Position numbers and translations under genes: made by a program
Source of the DNA: an uncultured delta proteobacterium
GTDB lineage: Bacteria; Myxococcota_A; Polyangia; Polyangiales; Polyangiaceae
Length of the DNA stretch: 64,000 nt
Assembly: GCA_963850305.1 (NCBI GenBank)
Contig: CAWKKR010000005.1
Coordinates: 32,001 to 96,000 of the forward strand
Direction: 5' to 3'
Notes under the pieces: generated by a model
What the model was told of the DNA's origin: nothing
What the model saw: only the letters and a program-made list of their open reading frames with translations
The model's database searches: none
Part shown: piece after piece, positions 22,800 through 32,439 of the stretch
How the letters are laid out: each line of letters starts with the position of its first letter
How positions within the stretch are numbered: the stretch's first letter is position 1

Positions 22800-23330
22800 C
22801 TAGTCTGAGGGGGCAAAGTTCGACGAATCCTGCCACGAGCCGAATCAGGCTGACGAGACCGAATCACGCGCGTACCGACGAAGATGATCGAGGATCCGGA
22901 CCCCGGCGCGCTTTGCACGCCGCGACCGACGGTTCCTTCACTACGACTCATGGCTGCTGCCTCAGCGCAGCCTCCAGGCAACGTCCGCGCCACGGCGGGC
23001 GCTCGTATCCTCGAGGCGAGGGTGGACCGTTTTCGGTCTCTCGCCGAAAGAGACGACGGCGCAATGCTTGCGCACCAGCGCGCGGATTGCGCCGTCCAAG
23101 GGCGAGAGCGATGGGGTGAGCTTCGAAATCGCTGGCTCTGCTCTCGACCCGGCTGCGGCCGACCGAAGGGAGCATCCGTCGCCACCCCGTCGCCGTCGGT
23201 CTCGCGCCATCGCCTTTTGGAGCACGTACAGAGCTTCTCTCCCTGTTCGGCTGAGAGGAGCACCCGCCGCAAGACCGGCCGCTCCGTCAAGAACCACTTC
23301 TTCACCGAGCGCGTGAACTGACCCGAAGTA

Positions 23331-23346
23331 CGGCACGCCAGATGCA
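23331..23346 (+). promoter_or_regulatory. sigma54 -24/-12 promoter
   Basis: CGGCACGCCAGATGCA upstream of the SPFH gene. Confidence 0.65.
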
Positions 23347-23381
23347 CACATCGGAACCAAATTCCGGCAAGAGGTGCAGAG

Positions 23382-24302
23382 ATGTTGAGGACAAATTCAT
23401 TTGCGACAATGCTGTTCTTCCTAATCCTCGCGGCCGGAGCGGCGGTCGCGTACGCGCTCAACGGCCCGGAGCTTCTCGCGAACGCTGCGGTTCTCGCCGT
23501 GGCGTTGGCGTTGGCGCTGACCGTGTCGGTTTCGGTGAAGATTGCCGCGCCTTGGGATAAGGCCGTCGTGCTGCGCTTGGGGCAATTTCGGGCGCTCCGC
23601 GGACCCGGTCTGTTCTTCATCATCCCGGTGGTCGACACCATCCCATACTGGATCGACACTCGCGTGATCACGTCCTCATTCAAGGCGGAGAAGACCCTGA
23701 CGAAGGACACTGTTCCCGTCGATGTCGACGCCGTGCTCTTCTGGAAGGTCATCGATCCGGAGAAGGCGGCTCTCGCAGTGGCCGATTACACGACCGCGAT
23801 CAACTGGGCGTCGCAGACGGCGCTTCGCGACGTCATCGGCAAGACGGTTTTATCGGACATGCTCGAGGGCAGAGGCAAGATCAGCGGTGAATTGCAGCAA
23901 ATCATCGACCAGCGCACGGAGCCCTGGGGCGTCAACGTCATCAACGTGGAGGTCAGGGACGTATTGATCCCGCCGGCTCTCGAGGATGCGATGTCGATGC
24001 AGGCGCAGGCAGAGCGCGAGCGCCAGGCTCGGGTGATCCTCGGGGACTCGGAACGTCAGGTCGCCGAGAAGTTCGGCGAGGCGGCGAAGACCTACCACGA
24101 CGATCCGATCGCTCTGCACCTCCGCGCAATGAACATGCTCTACGAGGGACTCAAGCAGAACGCAACGATCGTCCTCGTGCCGAGCTCTGCCCTGGACACG
24201 ATGCAACTCGGCAATCTCGCTGGAATAACGGCACTATCGATGGGCTTGGGAAAGAACGGCGCGAGCAAGGAGCCCGAACCCGCGGTTCAGCATCACGCCT
24301 GA
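23382..24302 (+). CDS. SPFH/band-7 (stomatin-like) protein
   Basis: Two N-terminal TMs, GPGLFFIIP, TLTKDTVPVDVDAVLFW, QAQAERERQARVI. Confidence 0.93.
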   Translation: MLRTNSFATMLFFLILAAGAAVAYALNGPELLANAAVLAVALALALTVSVSVKIAAPWDKAVVLRLGQFRALRGPGLFFIIPVVDTIPYWIDTRVITSSFKAEKTLTKDTVPVDVDAVLFWKVIDPEKAALAVADYTTAINWASQTALRDVIGKTVLSDMLEGRGKISGELQQIIDQRTEPWGVNVINVEVRDVLIPPALEDAMSMQAQAERERQARVILGDSERQVAEKFGEAAKTYHDDPIALHLRAMNMLYEGLKQNATIVLVPSSALDTMQLGNLAGITALSMGLGKNGASKEPEPAVQHHA

Positions 24303-24429
24303 CCTGTTGTATTCCGCGAAACTGACCGACGGTCGGGGTGAACGTCCTGCCGCGGGCGCTCGCTCGATGCTGGCGACACGGACGTATTCTGCTTGCCATT
24401 GTGTGTTTGAACAGAAATGGAGCGAGGCG

Positions 24430-24660
24430 ATGATGAACGGCTACTGAGAACATTGGTATTCTGGAAGGGGTTGGTTCTTGATGGTTCGGGATCTGCTGCT
24501 GCTTCTCTCGAAGACATGGGGAATTGGCGCGATTCACGAGCGAGTTCATCGAAAATTTGGCGATGGGTCGCCCGGGGAAGGGCGTGGTGCGGCATTCGCA
24601 ACGAGAGATATGCGAATGGCGAAGTGAGTAGCGACGAGTTTCTTCGATGCGAAGTGGTAA
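24430..24660 (+). pseudogene. decayed small membrane protein with SHOCT-like motif
   Basis: ATG ATG AAC GGC TAC TGA GAA CAT TGG TAT..., Trp/Gly-rich TM-like start with in-frame stop and indels; C-terminal NERYANGEVSSDEF. Confidence 0.55.
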
Positions 24661-24726
24661 TTCAGCCCGCCAAGAACCGAGGCACCACCTGATACGAAGC
24701 AAATGTTGTATATACGGAGGTTCCCG

Positions 24727-27178
24727 ATGGCTTGGACGCGACCGCTCAAGAACGTGACGCTCGACGACGTGCCGATCGTCGGCGGCAAGAATGCATCGCT
24801 CGGCGAGATGCTTCGCGAGCTCACGCCGCTCGGTGTGAAGGTGCCCGACGGGTTCGCCGTCACCGCAGATGCCTACCGGCACTTCTTGCGCGGCGCCGGT
24901 CTCGAGGCTGCGATCGACGAAGAGCTGCGCGGTCTCGACAAGCGCAACGTCGACGATCTCGTCCGCCGCGCCGAACGCCTCCGCGATCGGATCGCGCACG
25001 CGCCGATGCCGGGCGATCTCGTCAACGGAGATCGAGGCGAGCTATCGCGCGACTCTCCCGCGCCTACGGCGAAGACGCGACCGACGTCGCCGTGCGCTCG
25101 TCCGCCACCGCCGAAGATCTTCCCGGGCGCGAGCTTCGCCGGGCAGCAAGAGACCTTCCTCAACGTGCGCGGCGCCGCGTCGGTCATCGACGCCGTTCGA
25201 AAGGCGTTCGCGAGCCTCTTCACGGCGCGCGCGATCAGCTATCGCGAGGACATGGGCTTCGCGCACACCAAGGTCGCGCTCTCCGTCGGAGTGCAGAAGA
25301 TGGTGCGTTCCGATCGCGCCAGCGCCGGCGTGATCTTCACGCTCGATCCCGAGACCGGCCATCGCGGCATCGTGCTCGTGACGTCGAGCTTCGGGCTCGG
25401 CGAGAGCGTCGTCCAGGGGCGCGTCGCGCCCGATCAGTTCGTGGTTCACAAGGCGACGCTTGCGCGAAGGGTTCGCGCCCGCTCGTGTGGAAGAAGCTCG
25501 GCACGAAGGAGGTGCCGCATCGTCTACGACCCGGACGGCCACAAGCAGGTGCGGAACGAGCCCGTTCCCGTCGAGGAGCGCGCGCGGTGGTCGCTCTCCG
25601 GACAGCGATGTGCTCGCGCTCGCCGCGTGGGCGCTCCAGATCGAGGACCACTACACGAAGAAGCATGGCGCCGACACGCCGATGGACATCGAGTGGGCGA
25701 AGGACGGCGTGAGCGGCGAGCTCTTCATCGTCCAGGCACGACCCGAGACGGTGCACAGCCGGCGTGCGCATCCGACGGTCCGACTCTACGCGATGAAGGG
25801 GCGCGCCACGCCGATCCTCGAAGGGCTCGCGATCGGCGACGGAGTCGCGTCGGGCAAGGCGCGCGTCCTTCACGATCCCCGAGCGATCGGCGCAATGAAG
25901 CCCGGCGAGATCCTCGTCACCGAGATGACCGATCCCGACTGGGAGCCGATCATGAAGACGGCCGCCGGCATCATCACCGACCGCGGCGGTCGGACCTCGC
26001 ACGCGGCGATCGTCGCCCGCGAGCTCGGCATTCCGGCATTCGTCGGAACGAAGCGACGCGACGAAGCGCCTCGGCGACGGCACGGCGATCACGCTCTCGT
26101 GCGCAGAGGGCGAGACCGGGCGCGTGTACGAAGGGACGATCCCTTTCGACGTCCAGGAGATCGATCCGCGCACGCTCGGGCGACCCCGCACGCAGATCAT
26201 GCTCAATGCGGGGAATCCCGAGCACGCGCTCCACGTATCGCTTCTACCGAGCGACGGCGTCGGGCTCGCGCGGATGGAGTTCGTGTTCGCGAGCTGGGTC
26301 GGCGTGCACCCGCTCGCGCTCACGCGCTACCGACGCTGCCGCGAGCGTGCAGAGGCAGATCGATACGCTGACCGCCGGATACGCGGACAAGACGCGCTAC
26401 TTCGTCGAGCGCCTCTCACAGGGCATCGGGACGATCGCCGCCGCGTTCCACCCGCGCCCCGTCATTCTCCGCTTCAGCGACTTCAAGACGAACGAGTACG
26501 CGAAGCTCACGGGCGGCGCGTCGTTCGAGCCGAGCGAGGAGAACCCGATGCTCGGCTGGCGTGGCGCGAGCCGCTACTACCACCCGAGCTACAAGGAGGG
26601 CTTTCTCCTCGAGTGCGCGGCGGTGAAGCGCGTGCGCGAGGAGTTCGGGCTCACGAACCTGAAGCTGATGATCCCGTTCTGCCGCACGCCCGAGGAAGGC
26701 AAGAAGGTGCTCGAGACGATGCGCGAAGCGGGGCTCGTTCGCGGCGAGACGCGGGCTCGAGGTGTACGTGATGGCCGAGATCCCCTCGAACATCATCCTT
26801 GCCGAGCGCTTCGCCGAGATCTTCGACGGCTTCTCGATTGGATCGAACGATCTGACGCAGCTCACGCTCGGCGTCGATCGTGACTCGACGACGGTGGCGC
26901 CGCTCTTCGACGAACGGAACGAAGCCGTGAAGTGGTCCTGCGCGCGGCTCATCGAAGCCGCGCACCAAGCGCATCGGAAGGTCGGCATCTGCGGCCAGGC
27001 GCCGAGCGACTACCCCGATTTCGCGGCGTTTCTCGTCGCGCGCGGGATCGACTCGATCAGCCTGAACGCCGACGCGCTCGTGCGCACCACGCTACGGGTG
27101 CTGGCGATGGAGAAGGAGCTCGCACAAACGCAGGCCGCGCTCGAAGCTCTCCCGACCGTCGCGCACGGCGCACAGTGA
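24727..27178 (+). CDS. ppsA: phosphoenolpyruvate synthase (multiple frameshifts)
   Basis: VGGKNASLGEM, SFAGQQET, GGRTSHAAIVARE (phospho-His), EENPMLGWRGASRY, FSIGSNDLTQ, GICGQAPSD; GGAGG RBS. Confidence 0.93.
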
Positions 27179-27254
27179 GTGCCGACGACGACGAACGAGC
27201 TGCACGCAAAATCTTCTCGGCACCGAGTGTAACGCTCGATGTCTGGAGAACACG

Positions 27255-28307
27255 ATGGAACGAGAGAAATTGTATAAGCTGCTCCGCGACATGCTGCTGG
27301 CTCGGACCTTCGAGGAGCATGCCGCGGAAGAATACACGAAGGGCAATATCGCCGGCTTCCTACATCTCTATCCGGGAGAGGAAGCGGTCGCCGCGGGTGT
27401 CATCAATGCCGTCGGCCCATCCGACTACGTCGTCACCACGTATCGCGAGCACGCCCACGCTCTGATACGCGGCGTGCCGCCCGGAAAGGTGATGGCCGAA
27501 CTGTTCGGGCGCGTCGACGGCATGAGCGGTGGCATGGGTGGCTCGATGCATTTGTTCGATCGAGACCGGCGTTTCATGGGCGGCTACGCAATCGTCGGGG
27601 AAACTTGTCCGATCGCAATCGGCATCGCTTACGCGATCGCCATGCGCAATCTGCCCGAGGTCGTGGTCTGCTTCCTGGGTGACGGCGCGGTGAACCAGGG
27701 CACGTTCCACGAGTCGCTCAACATGGCTGGGCTGTGGCGGCTGCCGGTGCTCTTCGTGTGCGAGAACAACCACTACGCCATCGGCACGGAGATTCATCGT
27801 CACTCGGCCGTACCCGAGGTGCACAAGCGCGTCGCCGCCTACAACATCGGCGCAGAGAAGGTCGACGGCATGGACGTGCTCAATGTATTCGACACGACGG
27901 TTCACGCGTTGGCGCGCATCCGGCAAGGTGGCGGGCCGCAATTTCTCGAGTGCGAAACGTATCGATATCGCGGGCATTCGATGGCCGATCCCGGAACATA
28001 TCGGCCGGCCGTCGAGCTCAAGGCGTTTCAAGCTCATGATCCCTTGTCCGCGGCCATCAGGGAGCTCGAGTACGGCTACCCGCGCTCCGAGGAGCTTGCG
28101 GCAGCTGGGCTCGACAACATTTCACGACTGATGGAGCACGTGGTCAATACCGGACACGCGAAAGACGGAGAGGTGGAGCGCATCAGGGAGGAAGTCGAGA
28201 AGACGGTACAAGATGCCGTCCAGTTCGCGCTCAATAGTGCCCAACCAAGCATGGACGATGCGTGGCGGGCTTTTCGAAACAACCGGCGGAATGAAACCCT
28301 CGTCTAG
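27255..28307 (+). CDS. pdhA: pyruvate dehydrogenase E1 alpha
   Basis: GFLHLYPGEEA, GGSMHLF, TPP motif GDGAVNQG...ENN, TYRYRGHSMADP. Confidence 0.92.
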   Translation: MEREKLYKLLRDMLLARTFEEHAAEEYTKGNIAGFLHLYPGEEAVAAGVINAVGPSDYVVTTYREHAHALIRGVPPGKVMAELFGRVDGMSGGMGGSMHLFDRDRRFMGGYAIVGETCPIAIGIAYAIAMRNLPEVVVCFLGDGAVNQGTFHESLNMAGLWRLPVLFVCENNHYAIGTEIHRHSAVPEVHKRVAAYNIGAEKVDGMDVLNVFDTTVHALARIRQGGGPQFLECETYRYRGHSMADPGTYRPAVELKAFQAHDPLSAAIRELEYGYPRSEELAAAGLDNISRLMEHVVNTGHAKDGEVERIREEVEKTVQDAVQFALNSAQPSMDDAWRAFRNNRRNETLV

Positions 28308-28322
28308 CAGGAGAGCCTCACG

Positions 28323-29342
28323 GTGCAGGAAATGCTCTATTGGCAGGCTCTGAACCGGGCCTTGGATCTCGAGATGGCGGAAGACGAGGCGGTCTTCACC
28401 CTCGGCGAAGACGTCGGTCTCTATGGTGGCAGCTACCGAGTCACGGAGGGCCTATACGCGAAATACGGCGAGTGGCGCGTGCGCGACACGCCGATCTCCG
28501 AGGGTAGCTTCACTGGCCTCGGAGTGGGGGCCGCCATGGTCGGGGCACGGCCCGTCGTCGAGATCATGACGGTGAATTTCGTTCTCCTCGCGCTTGACTC
28601 GATCATCAATGCGGCTGCGAAGATTCCGTTCATGTCTGGCGGTCAGTTTTCCATGCCGCTCGTCATCCGGATGCCCGGCGGGGTGGCCCGACAGCTGGGA
28701 GCGCAGCACTCGCAGCGTCTCGAGCACACGGTGATGAACGTCCCTGGTCTGCGCATCGCCGTTCCGTCCACGCCGCAGGATGCCTACTGGCAGCTGCGCC
28801 AGGCCATAGCCAGCGATGAGGCGGTCATCGTCCTTGAACATGAGCTCCTCTATTTTACAAGAGGGCCGGTCGACCTCGCCGGGGAGGCGCCGCCGATGCA
28901 TCGCGCTGCGGTGCGCGTTGAAGGCCGCGATCTCACGATAGTAGGTTACTCCCGCTCGGCGCTGCTTGCTCAAGAGGCCGCCGCGACGCTTGCCAAGGAG
29001 GGTATTCTCGCGGAGGTGATCGATCTGCGGAGCTTGAGTCCGATCGATTGGGATACGTGCGTTGCCTCGGTCGACAAGACGCACCGGTTGCTCGTGGTCG
29101 AAGAAGATTGCCGTTTCGCGGGCGCCGGCGCCGAGATCGTGGCAACGCTGGCCGAGCGTTGCTTTTTCTTGCTCGACGCACCGGCGCAACGTGTCGCCGC
29201 TCTCGATATGCCAACGCCCTTCAACGGAGCGCTCGAGGCCGCGAGCATTCCACGCGTGCCGGACATCGTCACAGCTGCTCGAGACCTATGCCGGCCGCCG
29301 TCACCGAACGCCACGCCGCAACGGGTAGTGCCGAAGAAGTAG
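28323..29342 (+). CDS. pdhB: pyruvate dehydrogenase E1 beta
   Basis: GEDVGLYGG, DTPISE, GAQHSQ, EVIDLRSL. Confidence 0.92.
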   Translation: MQEMLYWQALNRALDLEMAEDEAVFTLGEDVGLYGGSYRVTEGLYAKYGEWRVRDTPISEGSFTGLGVGAAMVGARPVVEIMTVNFVLLALDSIINAAAKIPFMSGGQFSMPLVIRMPGGVARQLGAQHSQRLEHTVMNVPGLRIAVPSTPQDAYWQLRQAIASDEAVIVLEHELLYFTRGPVDLAGEAPPMHRAAVRVEGRDLTIVGYSRSALLAQEAAATLAKEGILAEVIDLRSLSPIDWDTCVASVDKTHRLLVVEEDCRFAGAGAEIVATLAERCFFLLDAPAQRVAALDMPTPFNGALEAASIPRVPDIVTAARDLCRPPSPNATPQRVVPKK

Positions 29343-29351
29343 GAGGCCGGG

Positions 29352-30548
29352 ATGAAGCAGACCGTCACCATGCCTGCGCTCTCCGACACCATGGAGGTCG
29401 GTCGCCTGTCGAAATGGCTCAAGCGACCCGGCGATCGCGTGAACCGAGGCGAGGCGATCGCCGAAGTCGAGACCGATAAAGCGGTCATGGACGTCGAGGC
29501 GTTTCATGACGGGTATTTGGCCGGGCCTCTGGCAGAGCTCGATAGCGATCTCCGGGTCGGCGCGCCCATCGCCAACATCGTCGATACTGTGGAGGAGGTT
29601 CGGGACGGAGCCGAGCAGAGCGAATCGGCGGCGCTTCAGCCCGCTCCTCCCAAGCCGCCGACGGTTCCGACCGCCGCTCCTCCGTCTTCCGAGACAATCG
29701 CACCGTTCTTGTCCTCCGCCGCGGGGGCTTCACCTTACGCCCGTGCCCTCGCGCGGGACCTCGGCGTCGATCTGACGAAGGTTCCGCGAGGTTCGAGCGG
29801 CCCACTGCGCGCGGCGGACGTGCTGCGAATGGCACGCCTGACACCGGAGCCGCACCTCGAGGAAGGACCGCCTCATCGCATCGAGCGGATCTCTAGCCTT
29901 CGCGAAGCCGTCGCGCGGAACATGGTCGCCAGCGCCGGCACGCCAACCTTCCGCGTGACCGCGCTTTTGCCTCTCGGGCCTTTGCAATCCGCGGCCAGGA
30001 GCGAGAATATGTCGCTCACGCTCCTGCTCGCCCGGGCGTGTGCGCTCACCATCAATCGCTTTCCGGCTTTCAATGCGGCCTACACCGAGGACGGCCTTGC
30101 ACGACGAGAACAGGTCGACATCGGCATCGCGGTGGAGATTCCGGATGGCCTGATTACGCCCGTACTCCGTGACGTGGGACGGAGACCGCTCGGCGACCTC
30201 GTCGAAGATTGGAAGTCGCTGCGCGAGAAGCTGAAGACGCGGCGACTCGACGCACGGGACTACAGGGGGGCGACGTTCTACCTCTCGGATCTCGGCGTCT
30301 TTCCCGTCGTGGAGAGCTTCGACTCGATCGTCCCTCTGGGCGCGTCCGCGATTTTGTCCGTGGCCGCGGCCGGAGCAGAAGGGGCAAGGTTCACGTTGAG
30401 CTGCGACCACCGCGTCGTCTACGGCGCCGATGGCGCTCGCTTTCTGACGGCGCTCGGTGAGTGGCTGTCCGACCCGAAGAAACTCATGACCGATGGCGCG
30501 AGCGGAAACGGCCGGTCGCTGCCGCTTGTCCAGAAGAAGGAGGAACGA
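29352..30548 (+). CDS. pdhC: dihydrolipoamide acetyltransferase E2 (no stop before the CMD gene in this sequence)
   Basis: Lipoyl domain MPALSDTM...EVETDKA, ASPYARALA binding domain, catalytic CDHRVVYGADGARFL. Confidence 0.88.
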
Positions 30549-30905
30549 ATGAGCGCGAACTATCCGGAACGGCATGCGCAATTGGAGGCTCTCTTGGCGC
30601 AGATGGCCAAGACATTGCCCGGACCGACGGGCGCGTTCGCGCGCCTGCATCGAGAGTCCGTCGCCGAAGGGGCCCTGAGTACGAAGATCAAAGAGCTCAT
30701 GGCGCTGGCCATTGGCGTCGCCACGCGGTGTGAGGGATGCATCGCGTTTCATGTCCATGACGCGCTCAAGGCCGGAGCAACGCGCGCCGAGATCTTGGAA
30801 GCCCTGGGCGTCGCCATCATGATGGGCGGCGGCGCTGCCGAGATGTACGCCTGCGACGCTTTCGAAGCGTTGAGCCAGTTCGAGAGCAGGAGCGGCCAGA
30901 AATAG
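30549..30905 (+). CDS. carboxymuconolactone decarboxylase/AhpD-like protein
   Basis: GALSTKIKELMALAIGVATRCEGCIAFH, GATRAEILEAL; own RBS AAGGAGG; in frame with E2. Confidence 0.88.
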   Translation: MSANYPERHAQLEALLAQMAKTLPGPTGAFARLHRESVAEGALSTKIKELMALAIGVATRCEGCIAFHVHDALKAGATRAEILEALGVAIMMGGGAAEMYACDAFEALSQFESRSGQK

Positions 30906-30976
30906 CCGCCGGTGACGCGCCGGGGGAGAATTAGCAAAGAACCACGAGCAGGAGCCCGGTACAGTAGGCGCTCGGA

Positions 30977-32404
30977 ATGGATCGCATCGAGAACCGCACG
31001 TTCGACGAGCTCGAGCTGGGAGACACGGCTAGCCTCGTTCGAACCCTCACCCACAAGGACCTCGAGCTTTTCGCGATCATGTCGGGGGATGTCAATCCCG
31101 CGCATCTGGACGAGACTTTCGCGAAGAGTGACATGTTCCACAGGGTGGCGGCGCACGGCATGTGGGGCGGAGCGCTCATCTGCGCGCTGCTCGGAACGGA
31201 GCTCCCGGGTCCGGGGACGGTTTACGTCGACCAGTCGCTTCACTTTCGCCGCGCCGTTGGCCTCGGGGACACGATTACGGTGACAGTGACGGTAACCAAG
31301 AAGGCCGAAGAAACGCACCAGGTCGTCTTCGATTGTCGGGGCACGAACCAAACCGGCGAAGAAGTCATCAGCGGCACCGCAGTAGTCGTCGCGCCGACCG
31401 AGAAGGTCTCTCGCCCGCGCGTCGTTCTCTCCGACCTCGAGTTGCAGAGCAAAGGGCGACGCTATGAACGCCTGATCGAGATGACCCGCGGCCTAAACCC
31501 GATCCGCACGGCCGTCGTTCACCCGGTCGACACGCCATCCCTGCTCGGCGCCGTGGAAGCGGCGCGGGCTAGGCTCATCACGCCGGTGCTGGTTGGACCG
31601 GAGGCCAAGATCCGTACAGCTGCCGCGCAGGCGCGACTCGATCTAGCGCACTACGAGCTCGTCCCGACGGAACACAGCGACGCGGCAGCGGCAGAAGCCG
31701 TCTCAATGGCTCGCTCCGGCAGGGTCGAAGCGCTGATGAAAGGCGCGCTCCATACCGACGAACTCCTGCACGCAGTCGTAGACGCCACTCGCGGTCTGCG
31801 CACGGCCCGGCGCATGAGCCACGTCTTTGCGATCGACGCACCCGCCTATCCGAGAGCGCTCTTCGTCACGGACGGCGCGATCAACGTCTACCCCACCTTG
31901 GCCGACAAGCGCGACATCGTCCAGAACGCGATCGACTTGGCCCACGCGCTCGGCATCGCCGAGCCTCGGGTCGCAATCCTCTCGGCGGTCGAGATGGTCA
32001 CGGAGAAGATCCACTCCACGCTCGATGCGGCGGCCCTTTGCAAGATGGCCGATCGCCGCCAAATCACCGGCGGCATCCTGGACGGTCCTCTCGCCTTCGA
32101 CAACGCCGTCTCGGCAGAGGCGGCCAAGACCAAGGGGATCATCTCGCCGGTCGCCGGTCGCGCCGACATCTTCGTGGCTCCCGACCTCGAGGCAGGGAAC
32201 TTGCTCGCGAAGCAGCTCGAGTACCTTGCGGACGCGCAGGTCGCCGGCATCGTGCTCGGCGCCCGCGTTCCGATCATCCTCACGAGCCGCGCCGACAGGA
32301 CGCTCGCGAGACTCGGCTCTTGCGCTATCGCGCTGCTCTTGGCGCGCAACGCCGCAGGGAAGCCTCGGGTTGTCGAGGCCGCTACCGACCTGAGGGGCGC
32401 GTGA
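30977..32404 (+). CDS. bifunctional MaoC enoyl-CoA hydratase / phosphate acetyl(butyryl)transferase
   Basis: SGDVNPAHLD..AHGMW (MaoC) followed by MKGALHT, DGPLAFDNA, PIILTSRAD (PTA/PTB). Confidence 0.92.
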   Translation: MDRIENRTFDELELGDTASLVRTLTHKDLELFAIMSGDVNPAHLDETFAKSDMFHRVAAHGMWGGALICALLGTELPGPGTVYVDQSLHFRRAVGLGDTITVTVTVTKKAEETHQVVFDCRGTNQTGEEVISGTAVVVAPTEKVSRPRVVLSDLELQSKGRRYERLIEMTRGLNPIRTAVVHPVDTPSLLGAVEAARARLITPVLVGPEAKIRTAAAQARLDLAHYELVPTEHSDAAAAEAVSMARSGRVEALMKGALHTDELLHAVVDATRGLRTARRMSHVFAIDAPAYPRALFVTDGAINVYPTLADKRDIVQNAIDLAHALGIAEPRVAILSAVEMVTEKIHSTLDAAALCKMADRRQITGGILDGPLAFDNAVSAEAAKTKGIISPVAGRADIFVAPDLEAGNLLAKQLEYLADAQVAGIVLGARVPIILTSRADRTLARLGSCAIALLLARNAAGKPRVVEAATDLRGA

Positions 32405-32439
32405 AGAAGCGTATTCGGCCGCGCCCTTTTCTCACCCAG

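Noticed and set aside
22810..23330. ORFs between the IS and the SPFH gene
   Set aside because: No recognisable motif or convincing start in any frame.
24445..24447. In-frame TGA as selenocysteine or recoding
   Set aside because: The position suits a Trp codon and neighbouring indels indicate decay.
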